In this document: one piece after another, positions 16,367 to 23,383 of the stretch
Layout: every line of letters starts with the position of its first letter
Numbering within the stretch: position 1 is the stretch's first letter
Source: Promethearchaeota archaeon
GTDB taxonomy: Archaea; Asgardarchaeota; Lokiarchaeia; Sigyniarchaeales; SOKP01
NCBI GenBank assembly: GCA_016926735.1
Contig: JAFGOA010000008.1
Coordinates: 1-23,383, forward strand
DNA length: 23,383 nucleotides
Direction of reading: 5' to 3'
Notes under the pieces: model-generated
Seen by the model: the letters and a program-made list of their open reading frames with translations, nothing else
What the model was told of the DNA's origin: nothing
The model's database searches: none
Made by a program: the position numbers and the translations under genes

Positions 16367-17542
16367 TTACAATTTTTTTAGAAATTCGACAAGTTTTCTA
16401 CTATTATTTATATAGTCTAAATTATCTTTAGCCCATTTATATCCATAAATTCCAATTTCAATTGCAGCATACGGGTTTTCAATTAGAAATCTAATACCTT
16501 CCATAAGACTATCAGGTTTGTCAGGTTTGACAAGAATTAGGTGAATTTTATTTTCAAAATACAATTTAAAATCACCAACTTCAGTTGCTACAACAGGTCT
16601 TTTAGTTAAAAAATATTCACCAAGCTTCGTTGGAAAACCTGCTTCAGCAGTATGACTGCTTTTACGGGGGTTTATTAATATATCAAATTTACCCAATATA
16701 TCCAATACTTCATTCCATTTAAGTTGTCCATAAACATTAATCTTATTTCTTGTAGAACACGATAAATTATTTAAATAAAAATTCATTTTCGAATCAATGA
16801 ACCCAATTAAATTCAACTCAACATTAGGATAACTAATCAGAATATTCTCAAATGCAATCATTAAATCATATATTCCATTAGATTCGCTCAAAGTACCTGC
16901 ATATCCTATTTTTATTTTATTGTTTGTAAAAATTTTTGTCTGAGGTATTTTAATTTTTGTATCAAGAAATTGGGGGATAACTAGGATTTTCCCTTCCTCT
17001 ACTTTGTTTATAATCATTAAATTTTTTAAATAATTGCTGAAACAGAGAATTCCATTAAAGAATCTATCAAAATACTTAAACTGCAATTTATATAAATTAT
17101 ACTTAGGTATTTTCCACCAGAACGGGCATAATGATTTTTTAGTATAGAAATCCGTAACAATTCTAATTATTTTAATTTTGAAAACTTTACAAAAAATAAT
17201 TAAAGGTATTAAATAATAAGGATAATCAATTCCATAAACTAATAAATATTTAGTGTTAGACTTTAATTTTAACTTTATAATATAAATTGGTGAAAAAATA
17301 AAAAGTAAAAATATTTCTAAAAATTTAATTAATTCGTTTTTAGGCCTTTTCTTAAAAAGAATATAGTCACAGGAGATATCTAAATCATTATTTTGTTTTT
17401 TTTGTTGTCCTCTAAAAAGAATTACTTTTTCTAATTTATTCAAATATTTTAATCCTAATGCTATTTGTCTAACCGTATTTTCTGCAGCTAATCCGTAAGG
17501 GAAGTCAGTGCTTGTCAATATAGATATCTTTTGAGCTTTCAT
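16367..17542 (-). CDS. Glycosyltransferase family 4
   Basis: 391 aa with FPYGLA, IGYAGTL, AEAGFPTKLGEYFLTKRPVVATEVGD. Confidence 0.85.
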   Translation of the reverse strand: MKAQKISILTSTDFPYGLAAENTVRQIALGLKYLNKLEKVILFRGQQKKQNNDLDISCDYILFKKRPKNELIKFLEIFLLFIFSPIYIIKLKLKSNTKYLLVYGIDYPYYLIPLIIFCKVFKIKIIRIVTDFYTKKSLCPFWWKIPKYNLYKLQFKYFDRFFNGILCFSNYLKNLMIINKVEEGKILVIPQFLDTKIKIPQTKIFTNNKIKIGYAGTLSESNGIYDLMIAFENILISYPNVELNLIGFIDSKMNFYLNNLSCSTRNKINVYGQLKWNEVLDILGKFDILINPRKSSHTAEAGFPTKLGEYFLTKRPVVATEVGDFKLYFENKIHLILVKPDKPDSLMEGIRFLIENPYAAIEIGIYGYKWAKDNLDYINNSRKLVEFLKKL

Positions 17543-17665
17543 TTTTATTTAAAATTAAGGTGTTAGTAATATATTTATTTATCACTTTTTTTAATAATCA
17601 ATAAATACTTATATTGTATTATTTAAAAAATAATTAATTGAATTTAAATAATTATTTTCATTTTT

Positions 17666-19057
17666 TTACTTTATGTTTTCATCTCTTATTTCTTCTTGTT
17701 GACTAAACCTTGATAATATAAAACTAACAAAAAATATTGAGAACCAAGTTCCACCGATAGCATCAATTTGTCCAATTAGCGAATAAATCAAAATAATCAT
17801 GTATAATACCAAAAAAATTAAACGAAAATCTAACTTTAATAAACTATTTCTTTTATTATCTAATTTTGCTAAAATAATACCAATAAAAAAATAAAAAAAA
17901 CAGCCAAAAAAACCAAAATTCAAATAAAACTCACCTGATAACCCTGTTCGTATCCCTGTACCTTCCCCTTTACGACTAATCATCATTTGTAAAATATACG
18001 CTGAATTGTCTAGTCTTATATCTTTTTTAATAATTCCGAATGGTTCTAAAAAAAAGTAGGGGATAAATGAAATCGGAATATTTATAAGCGTTGTACCATA
18101 TCTATAATCATTAAAAATTTCCATCATATTTACTAATTGATTATATTCATTAAATGTAAATGGAATTATATCCTTATAAAGTGTTGAACGAAAATCACTT
18201 CCATCAACAAAAAATTTTTCATACGGACTATCGTCCTGCATCCGTATTTTATAAATTAAAGAATTAAATACAAATAAACCTAATAAAATTAGTAATCCAA
18301 CCAAGAAATGTTTTCGTTTAATTTTTTTATAACAAACATAAATTAAAATACAACCAACCACAACCAATACAATAGGGAATCTTTGTGCAGTAATAGGTAA
18401 TTGAATAAAAGAAAAAAAAAGTATTGCTTTATAATACTTATGATCTTCTTTAATAGTTATTAACTGTTTAAATGAAAATAGAGAAGAAAAAATTAACATA
18501 TAGTATAACCTCGCAGCCCTAAGATCCATATCTCCTGTGAAACGTTGAACACCAATACGATCTGCAGTTAGAATACCAATGCCGCCTTCGGAGATTATAA
18601 TTAATAATGTTCCTAAAGTGCCTAACATAAAAAAAACTTTTATCGTTTTCTTCATATTTAATAATCTATATACATAATATTTATCCACATTTTTTTTTAT
18701 GGTAAGCATATATCCAATTATTATAAAGTAAAAGGATATCAGAATATAAATATTTGTTCTTAATAAGTCTCCCTTATATAGTGGATAAAAAGATTTGATA
18801 ATTAAAAAGTTCAGATTACCGACATAGACATACAATAAAAAAAAACTAAAAAATATTTTACTAAATAAAAAAGTATTATCATTATTAGTATATTTTCGTT
18901 GCCATTTGATTAAAAAAATTAAACCAGGTACAAATAACAATAAAGAATAAAAAGCTGTTTTGCTTTCCTCTATTTCTGGACTAATACTGACAAATATTAT
19001 CGAAATAATAATTACTGAAATGATAAAATATATTTTTTTTTTATGTTTTTCTTTCAT
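17666..19057 (-). CDS. wzy: Probable O-antigen/oligosaccharide repeat-unit polymerase
   Basis: 463 aa, many TM segments, a large loop near the C-terminus, GEFYLNFGFFG motif. Immediately follows the flippase (ATGA overlap). Confidence 0.75.
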   Translation of the reverse strand: MKEKHKKKIYFIISVIIISIIFVSISPEIEESKTAFYSLLLFVPGLIFLIKWQRKYTNNDNTFLFSKIFFSFFLLYVYVGNLNFLIIKSFYPLYKGDLLRTNIYILISFYFIIIGYMLTIKKNVDKYYVYRLLNMKKTIKVFFMLGTLGTLLIIISEGGIGILTADRIGVQRFTGDMDLRAARLYYMLIFSSLFSFKQLITIKEDHKYYKAILFFSFIQLPITAQRFPIVLVVVGCILIYVCYKKIKRKHFLVGLLILLGLFVFNSLIYKIRMQDDSPYEKFFVDGSDFRSTLYKDIIPFTFNEYNQLVNMMEIFNDYRYGTTLINIPISFIPYFFLEPFGIIKKDIRLDNSAYILQMMISRKGEGTGIRTGLSGEFYLNFGFFGCFFYFFIGIILAKLDNKRNSLLKLDFRLIFLVLYMIILIYSLIGQIDAIGGTWFSIFFVSFILSRFSQQEEIRDENIK

Positions 19058-20304
19058 AATTTTTTTTTATACTTTATCCAAATTCTTAGATGCATATATA
19101 TATTTTGTGCAGAAAAACTCACTAGTACTGTTATTGATGCACCTATTGCTCCCCAAAAATTTGTAAATGTTAGATGGCTTAAGATTAAAACAAGAATTAA
19201 AAGTACAGACCCATTAAATATCGTTTTAATATCATTTAATGCAAATAAAACATTAATAGAGGGACTAAATATCAAAGATATACCCGATGATATACCCAAT
19301 ATAATTAAAGGGGTTATAGACTCTTCATAGCTACCCCCTGCAAATAAATAAATAATAAAATTTGCTCCGATTGTAGTTATGAAAATTATGCCTAAAGAAA
19401 AAGGTATAATCCTTTTTACTAAATTGAAGTATTTTTCAATTATTTCTTTTTCATTATTTATAGAAGAAAACTTAGGTAAAAGGACTGTATGTAAAGAATA
19501 TAAAGCAATAAAAAAAACTCCATATACTTTATATGCTACATTAAAGACTGCGACCTCTTCAAGATTTCGAAGAGTGTTTAGCATAAAAACTGATATTTCG
19601 CATCCCACAACTTGTAAAAAAGTATAAGAAACATACCATTTATATTCATCTATTTTTTTAAAAAATTGTAAATTTTTAATGAATTTTAAATTAAAGTACT
19701 TTTTATCAAAAATAATAAAGTAAAAAAATGGTAATAATGGTGTTATAATCAATACAATTATAACAGAATCAAAATCTAGTTTGTCAAAAAATAATAGAAT
19801 AGATACAATAGATATCGTAATTAGTGATTTTAGAATAGAAATAGAAGCGACAAGATTAAATTTATGAATGCCCTGATAAAAAGCTATAATTAAATTCATT
19901 AGAGAATTTGTAAACACCCCTATAATTACTATAGTTATAAAGCCAAATAATCCTATGGAAATAATTGCATTAGGTAGAAGAAAATTAAAAACAACAAGTA
20001 AAGCACCTATTATTAGAACGGTAAATAAAGTGATAAAAAATGATTCACTAAATAACTCTTTTATTTTAATCTCTTCACTTATTGATGCTGATATATTTTT
20101 GATAGCATAATAATTTATTCCATTTAAAATTGATGATGTTGCTATTGTAATTGCAGAAATAATTATTGATATTTGTCCAAATTCTGCTTTTGTTATGTGT
20201 CTAACAATAATGGCAAAAACTAAAGCTAATATAATCTTAGATAATACTTTTGATATTAGTATAACACTTACATTTTTGAAAAAAACATTCTTTATTAGTT
20301 TCAT
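19054..20304 (-). CDS. wzx: Oligosaccharide flippase (PST/MOP family)
   Basis: 416 aa, hydrophobic throughout. KNVS.., IVRHI...EFG, VAVFNVA, LLPKFS, WGAIGASI. Confidence 0.82.
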   Translation of the reverse strand: MKLIKNVFFKNVSVILISKVLSKIILALVFAIIVRHITKAEFGQISIIISAITIATSSILNGINYYAIKNISASISEEIKIKELFSESFFITLFTVLIIGALLVVFNFLLPNAIISIGLFGFITIVIIGVFTNSLMNLIIAFYQGIHKFNLVASISILKSLITISIVSILLFFDKLDFDSVIIVLIITPLLPFFYFIIFDKKYFNLKFIKNLQFFKKIDEYKWYVSYTFLQVVGCEISVFMLNTLRNLEEVAVFNVAYKVYGVFFIALYSLHTVLLPKFSSINNEKEIIEKYFNLVKRIIPFSLGIIFITTIGANFIIYLFAGGSYEESITPLIILGISSGISLIFSPSINVLFALNDIKTIFNGSVLLILVLILSHLTFTNFWGAIGASITVLVSFSAQNIYMHLRIWIKYKKKL

Positions 20305-20324
20305 TAGAAATTAAAATTATAATA

Positions 20325-21470
20325 TTATGATATAGAATTCCATTTATTACTCAACTTTGCACTACCGACAATTAACTTAACAACTCGCCAGGATGTATTT
20401 TCAACTTTGTAATCAGGTGTATATTCAGTTTCAATATTATTTCCTTTTTCTGTTAAAGTTAAATCAATTGCATTAATTATCGTTTGGTAATTTAGTCCCG
20501 TTAAAATAATAGACCCCGTATCCAATCCTTCGGGTCTTTCCATCGAATTTCTGACAGTAATTGCAGGAAAATTTAATATAGAGGACTCTTCGTTTATAGT
20601 TCCACTATCCGACAAGACACATAACGCATTCATCTGCAATTTATTGTAATCAAGGAAACCAAAGGGCTTCAAAAATTCTATTTTTTTATTAAGTGAAACA
20701 TCGCTTAAACTGTCTAGTCGCTTTCTCGTTCGCGGATGTGTTGATACAATTATCCTCTTTTGATACATCTCGGATATTTTGTTCAGTGTATTTATTAATT
20801 CAATTAAATTTTTCGAATTATCAACATTTTCTTCCCGATGGATGCTCACTAAAAAATAGTTTTTATTTTTTAAAGCAAGTAAATCAAGGATATTTGATTT
20901 TTCGATTTTCGGATAATAATATTTTAGAACTTCATTCATCGGTGAACCGGTCAAATAAATTCTTCTATGAGGTAACCCCTCGGAAATTAAATGCCTTCGT
21001 GCATGTTCGGTATAAACCAGATTAAAATCGGCGATGTGGTCAATTATTCTTCGGTTTGTTTCTTCAGGCACATTGAAATCGAAGCATCTGTTACCTGCTT
21101 CCATGTGGTATATCGGTATATGCATTCTCTTAGCCATATATGCAGAAAGACAGGAATTTGTATCGCCCAGCACTAAAACAGCATCGGGTTTTTCCTTTAA
21201 TAAAACTTCCTCTGATTTACGCATTATATCACCGACAGCCGCCCCTAATGAAGATACATCAACACTCAAAAAATAATCCGGTTTGCGTAACTCTAAATCT
21301 TCAAAAAAAACCTGATTTAATTCATAATCATAATTTTGTCCAGTATGAACCAATATATGATTTACAGTTTTATCCAATAGCCATATCACCCGCGAAAGGC
21401 GAATAATCTCGGGACGAGTCCCTACAATTGTCATAACTTTAAGTTTTTTAATAATGTTCTTTGTAAGCAT
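20325..21470 (-). CDS. fnlC: UDP-2-acetamido-2,6-dideoxy-L-talose 2-epimerase (FnlC/WbjD/CapG)
   Basis: 381 aa with KKLKVMTIVGTRPEIIRLS, HTGQNYDYELN, HMEAGNRCFD..VPEETNR, TGSPM, SDSGTINEESSIL, ERPEG. Third gene of the fnlABC trio. Confidence 0.9.
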   Translation of the reverse strand: MLTKNIIKKLKVMTIVGTRPEIIRLSRVIWLLDKTVNHILVHTGQNYDYELNQVFFEDLELRKPDYFLSVDVSSLGAAVGDIMRKSEEVLLKEKPDAVLVLGDTNSCLSAYMAKRMHIPIYHMEAGNRCFDFNVPEETNRRIIDHIADFNLVYTEHARRHLISEGLPHRRIYLTGSPMNEVLKYYYPKIEKSNILDLLALKNKNYFLVSIHREENVDNSKNLIELINTLNKISEMYQKRIIVSTHPRTRKRLDSLSDVSLNKKIEFLKPFGFLDYNKLQMNALCVLSDSGTINEESSILNFPAITVRNSMERPEGLDTGSIILTGLNYQTIINAIDLTLTEKGNNIETEYTPDYKVENTSWRVVKLIVGSAKLSNKWNSIS

Positions 21471-21502
21471 AGATATATTTGTTCCTATCTTGTATTTTGG
21501 AT

Positions 21503-21552
21503 GTGGAAAAGTGGAATAGTGGAAAAGTTAAATAGTAAAAACTTGGAATAGT
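21503..21552. repeat. 8-nt-period array (GTGGAAWA-type), downstream arm of four-helix-bundle gene 2
   Basis: Plus strand: GTGGAAAA GTGGAATA GTGGAAAA GTTAAATA GTAAAAAC TTGGAATA GT. Confidence 0.88.
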
Positions 21553-21566
21553 ATAATTCTGTTTAT

Positions 21567-21920
21567 TCAAATCTTTACCTCTAAAGAATTTATTAATCCG
21601 TGTAACATTTTTCTAATATGTTTAACTTTTTCTATATTATTTTTAATATCTGCCAGATATCCTAATCTCATTGCAATTTCAATTTGAGTTTCAAATTCTG
21701 AAAGTGAAGCATTTGCAATCCATAAAAATTGTATAAATTCTTTTGTCCCTTTTCTGCTTGAACCTTCTGCAATATTCGAAGGGATTGAAATTACTGCTCG
21801 TCTAATTTGTGATGTTAAATTATAAAGTTCTTCTTTCGGAAACTCTTTAGTAAATTTATATACATCAACTACTAAATCCATACTAACTTTCCACACTTCT
21901 AATTCCTTATAGCTTTTCAC
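21567..21920 (-). CDS. Four-helix-bundle protein (23S rRNA intervening-sequence protein family)
   Basis: 117 aa, GTG start. SYKELEVWK.SMDL, FPKEELYNLTSQIRRAVISIPSNIAEGSSR, FIQFLWIA.ASLSEFETQ. Confidence 0.93.
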   Translation of the reverse strand: MKSYKELEVWKVSMDLVVDVYKFTKEFPKEELYNLTSQIRRAVISIPSNIAEGSSRKGTKEFIQFLWIANASLSEFETQIEIAMRLGYLADIKNNIEKVKHIRKMLHGLINSLEVKI

Positions 21921-21960
21921 CTAACCCCCTTTTCACCTTTCCACTATTCCACCTTTTCAA
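21913..21960. repeat. 8-nt-period array, upstream arm of four-helix-bundle gene 2, inverted relative to 21503-21552
   Basis: Minus strand: TTGAAAAG GTGGAATA GTGGAAAG GTGAAAAG GGGGTTAG GTGAAAAG. Includes the fnlB stop codon and the RBS and GTG start of the bundle gene. Confidence 0.85.
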
Positions 21961-23077
21961 AGAAAGTATCCGCATCATCAGGATTATAAAATTCATTTAT
22001 CCAAAATAATGTGAGCAATTCATCATTTCCTACATTTGTAATATTATGGGTATACCAAATCGGCATATCAACATAAGCCGGTTCATCGCCGGATAACTTA
22101 TAACTGATAATTTCATCTGTTCCGATTCTGCGAATTTTAATTTCCGCCTCACCCTTGATTACTGAAAATCTCTCAATCTTTCTGATATGAAAATGCATTC
22201 CTCTTGTAACGCCGGGTTTGGTAGTCGAAAAAGAAACCTGCCCCCCTGTCTTTAATTTCATCGTCTCTATAAAAGTACCTCTTTCATCAGAATTAACTTT
22301 ATATTTAACCGGAAAGAAATCAGAATGGTTAATATAACTTCTGAAAGTATTGAAAAGATTTATTTCAAATGCATTATTTAATTGTGGAATAATACCCAAC
22401 TTAATATAATTTTCGTTATAATAAGTCAGTTTTTCCAAAATTTTACTTACACGAATTGTCCAAGTATGCGGGACAAGATATAACTCCTCAATAGTATTTG
22501 AACTGCCTGAAATTAATTCTTCAATTATCTTTATCAACTCAGTAACATAAATAAGATTTAGTTCTGCATCAATTTCAATTTTTGGTGGTTGATTATTAAT
22601 TATCTGGTGCGAGAAAGTAGAAATAACCGAATTATAAAACGGTCTACCGAAGGGTCCAAATACATTTGGAATAACCAATCCTGTGAATCCGCATTCATTT
22701 TCTTTTGCAAAATTCAGCAATTTCAGCCGTGCTTCCTTTTTCGCATTTCCATAAACATTATCTTGGGTTTCCTGAGTTGATGATGAAAAGATAATGTGTG
22801 GTTTATTTCCCGCGGTTTTTATGGCAGAAATCAATTTGTCTGTAAGTTCAATATTTTTATTATAAATTTCCGATGGTTCATTATGACGATTAACACCTGC
22901 AAGATGAATAATACAATCGCATTCTTGTACAAAATTACTCAATATTTCAGGCGAATCAAAATAACTATCATCAAAGTAAATTAATTTATATTTATCTAAA
23001 TAAAGTGATAAAGAATTATACAGATGTGTGCCAATAAATCCTGCTTGTCCTGTTATGCCAACTTTTTTAATATTCAT
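21944..23077 (-). CDS. fnlB: UDP-2-acetamido-2,6-dideoxy-hexos-4-ulose reductase with C-terminal cupin (FnlB/WbjC/CapF)
   Basis: 377 aa with ITGQAGFIG, HLAGVNR, SSSTQ, PNVFGPFGRPFYNSV, DERGTF.E, GQVSFSTTKPGVTRGMHFH..KIE, DMPIWYTHNI. Confidence 0.9.
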   Translation of the reverse strand: MNIKKVGITGQAGFIGTHLYNSLSLYLDKYKLIYFDDSYFDSPEILSNFVQECDCIIHLAGVNRHNEPSEIYNKNIELTDKLISAIKTAGNKPHIIFSSSTQETQDNVYGNAKKEARLKLLNFAKENECGFTGLVIPNVFGPFGRPFYNSVISTFSHQIINNQPPKIEIDAELNLIYVTELIKIIEELISGSSNTIEELYLVPHTWTIRVSKILEKLTYYNENYIKLGIIPQLNNAFEINLFNTFRSYINHSDFFPVKYKVNSDERGTFIETMKLKTGGQVSFSTTKPGVTRGMHFHIRKIERFSVIKGEAEIKIRRIGTDEIISYKLSGDEPAYVDMPIWYTHNITNVGNDELLTLFWINEFYNPDDADTFFEKVE

Positions 23078-23093
23078 TTTTCAATTCCTATCC

Positions 23094-23383
23094 TTAAGGA
23101 GCATAAACCTCTTCCAATTTTTCATTCAATACATCCTCGCGAATGAATCTTAATTTCAACAGGAGTTCTTTGGTCTCCTCCAAACTTAACCTATATGTAT
23201 TGTGTGAAGTATAATCTTCAGTTTGAAATATTTTTGATTCGCCTTGGCTAAAATATTTATTGTAATTCAAATCACGAGTATCTGCAGGTATTCTATAATA
23301 ATTTCCACAATCTTCTGCTTTAACCATTTCTTCTCTATTAACTAAAGTTTCAAAGATTTTTTCACCGTGTCTTATGCCAATAA
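23094..23383 (-). CDS. fnlA: UDP-GlcNAc 4,6-dehydratase/5-epimerase (FnlA/WbjB/CapE), C-terminal part; 5' end lies outside the window
   Basis: Frame open from the edge: IGIRHGEKIFETLVNREEMVKAEDCGNYYRIPADTRDLNYNKYF...EDYTSHNT. Confidence 0.9.
   Translation of the reverse strand, partial: IGIRHGEKIFETLVNREEMVKAEDCGNYYRIPADTRDLNYNKYFSQGESKIFQTEDYTSHNTYRLSLEETKELLLKLRFIREDVLNEKLEEVYAP

Noticed and set aside
10535-21920. Diversity-generating retroelement (Avd-like genes) or rRNA intervening sequence
   Set aside because: No reverse transcriptase, no TR/VR pair noticed, and no rRNA sequence in the window.
1122-22984. All other plus-strand ORFs of 60-110 aa in the track
   Set aside because: Each lies antisense within well-supported minus-strand genes and shows no recognisable motif.

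Overview
AT-rich bacterial surface-polysaccharide locus (O-antigen or capsule, Wzx/Wzy-dependent), encoded entirely on the minus strand. In transcription order (right to left): fnlA (partial), fnlB, [four-helix-bundle gene], fnlC (UDP-L-FucNAc pathway), wzx, wzy, two GT4s, a LegB-like dehydratase / nucleotidyltransferase / SDR trio, GT4, hisH-like, [four-helix-bundle gene], hisF-like, N-acetyl sugar amidotransferase (WbuXYZ-type module), DUF354-like GT-B protein, WbpI/WecB-like 2-epimerase, polysaccharide deacetylase, formyltransferase, a gene remnant, an ALG10/DIE2-like GT-C membrane protein, [GxxExxY gene], wbpB, wbpD. The most unusual structure is non-coding: each of the three bracketed passenger genes is wrapped in its own short-period repeat array. 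Both four-helix-bundle genes sit between INVERTED arrays of 8-nt units, with a different unit sequence for each gene, which could pair around the ORF in the mRNA. The GxxExxY gene sits between DIRECT arrays of a modular 39-bp unit. Two ~130-bp MITE-like elements with an internal REP/dRS3-like hairpin, plus a truncated third copy, are also present. All family assignments come from motif recognition by eye; no searches were run. The host may be Ignavibacteria or another FCB-group organism (weak impression only).
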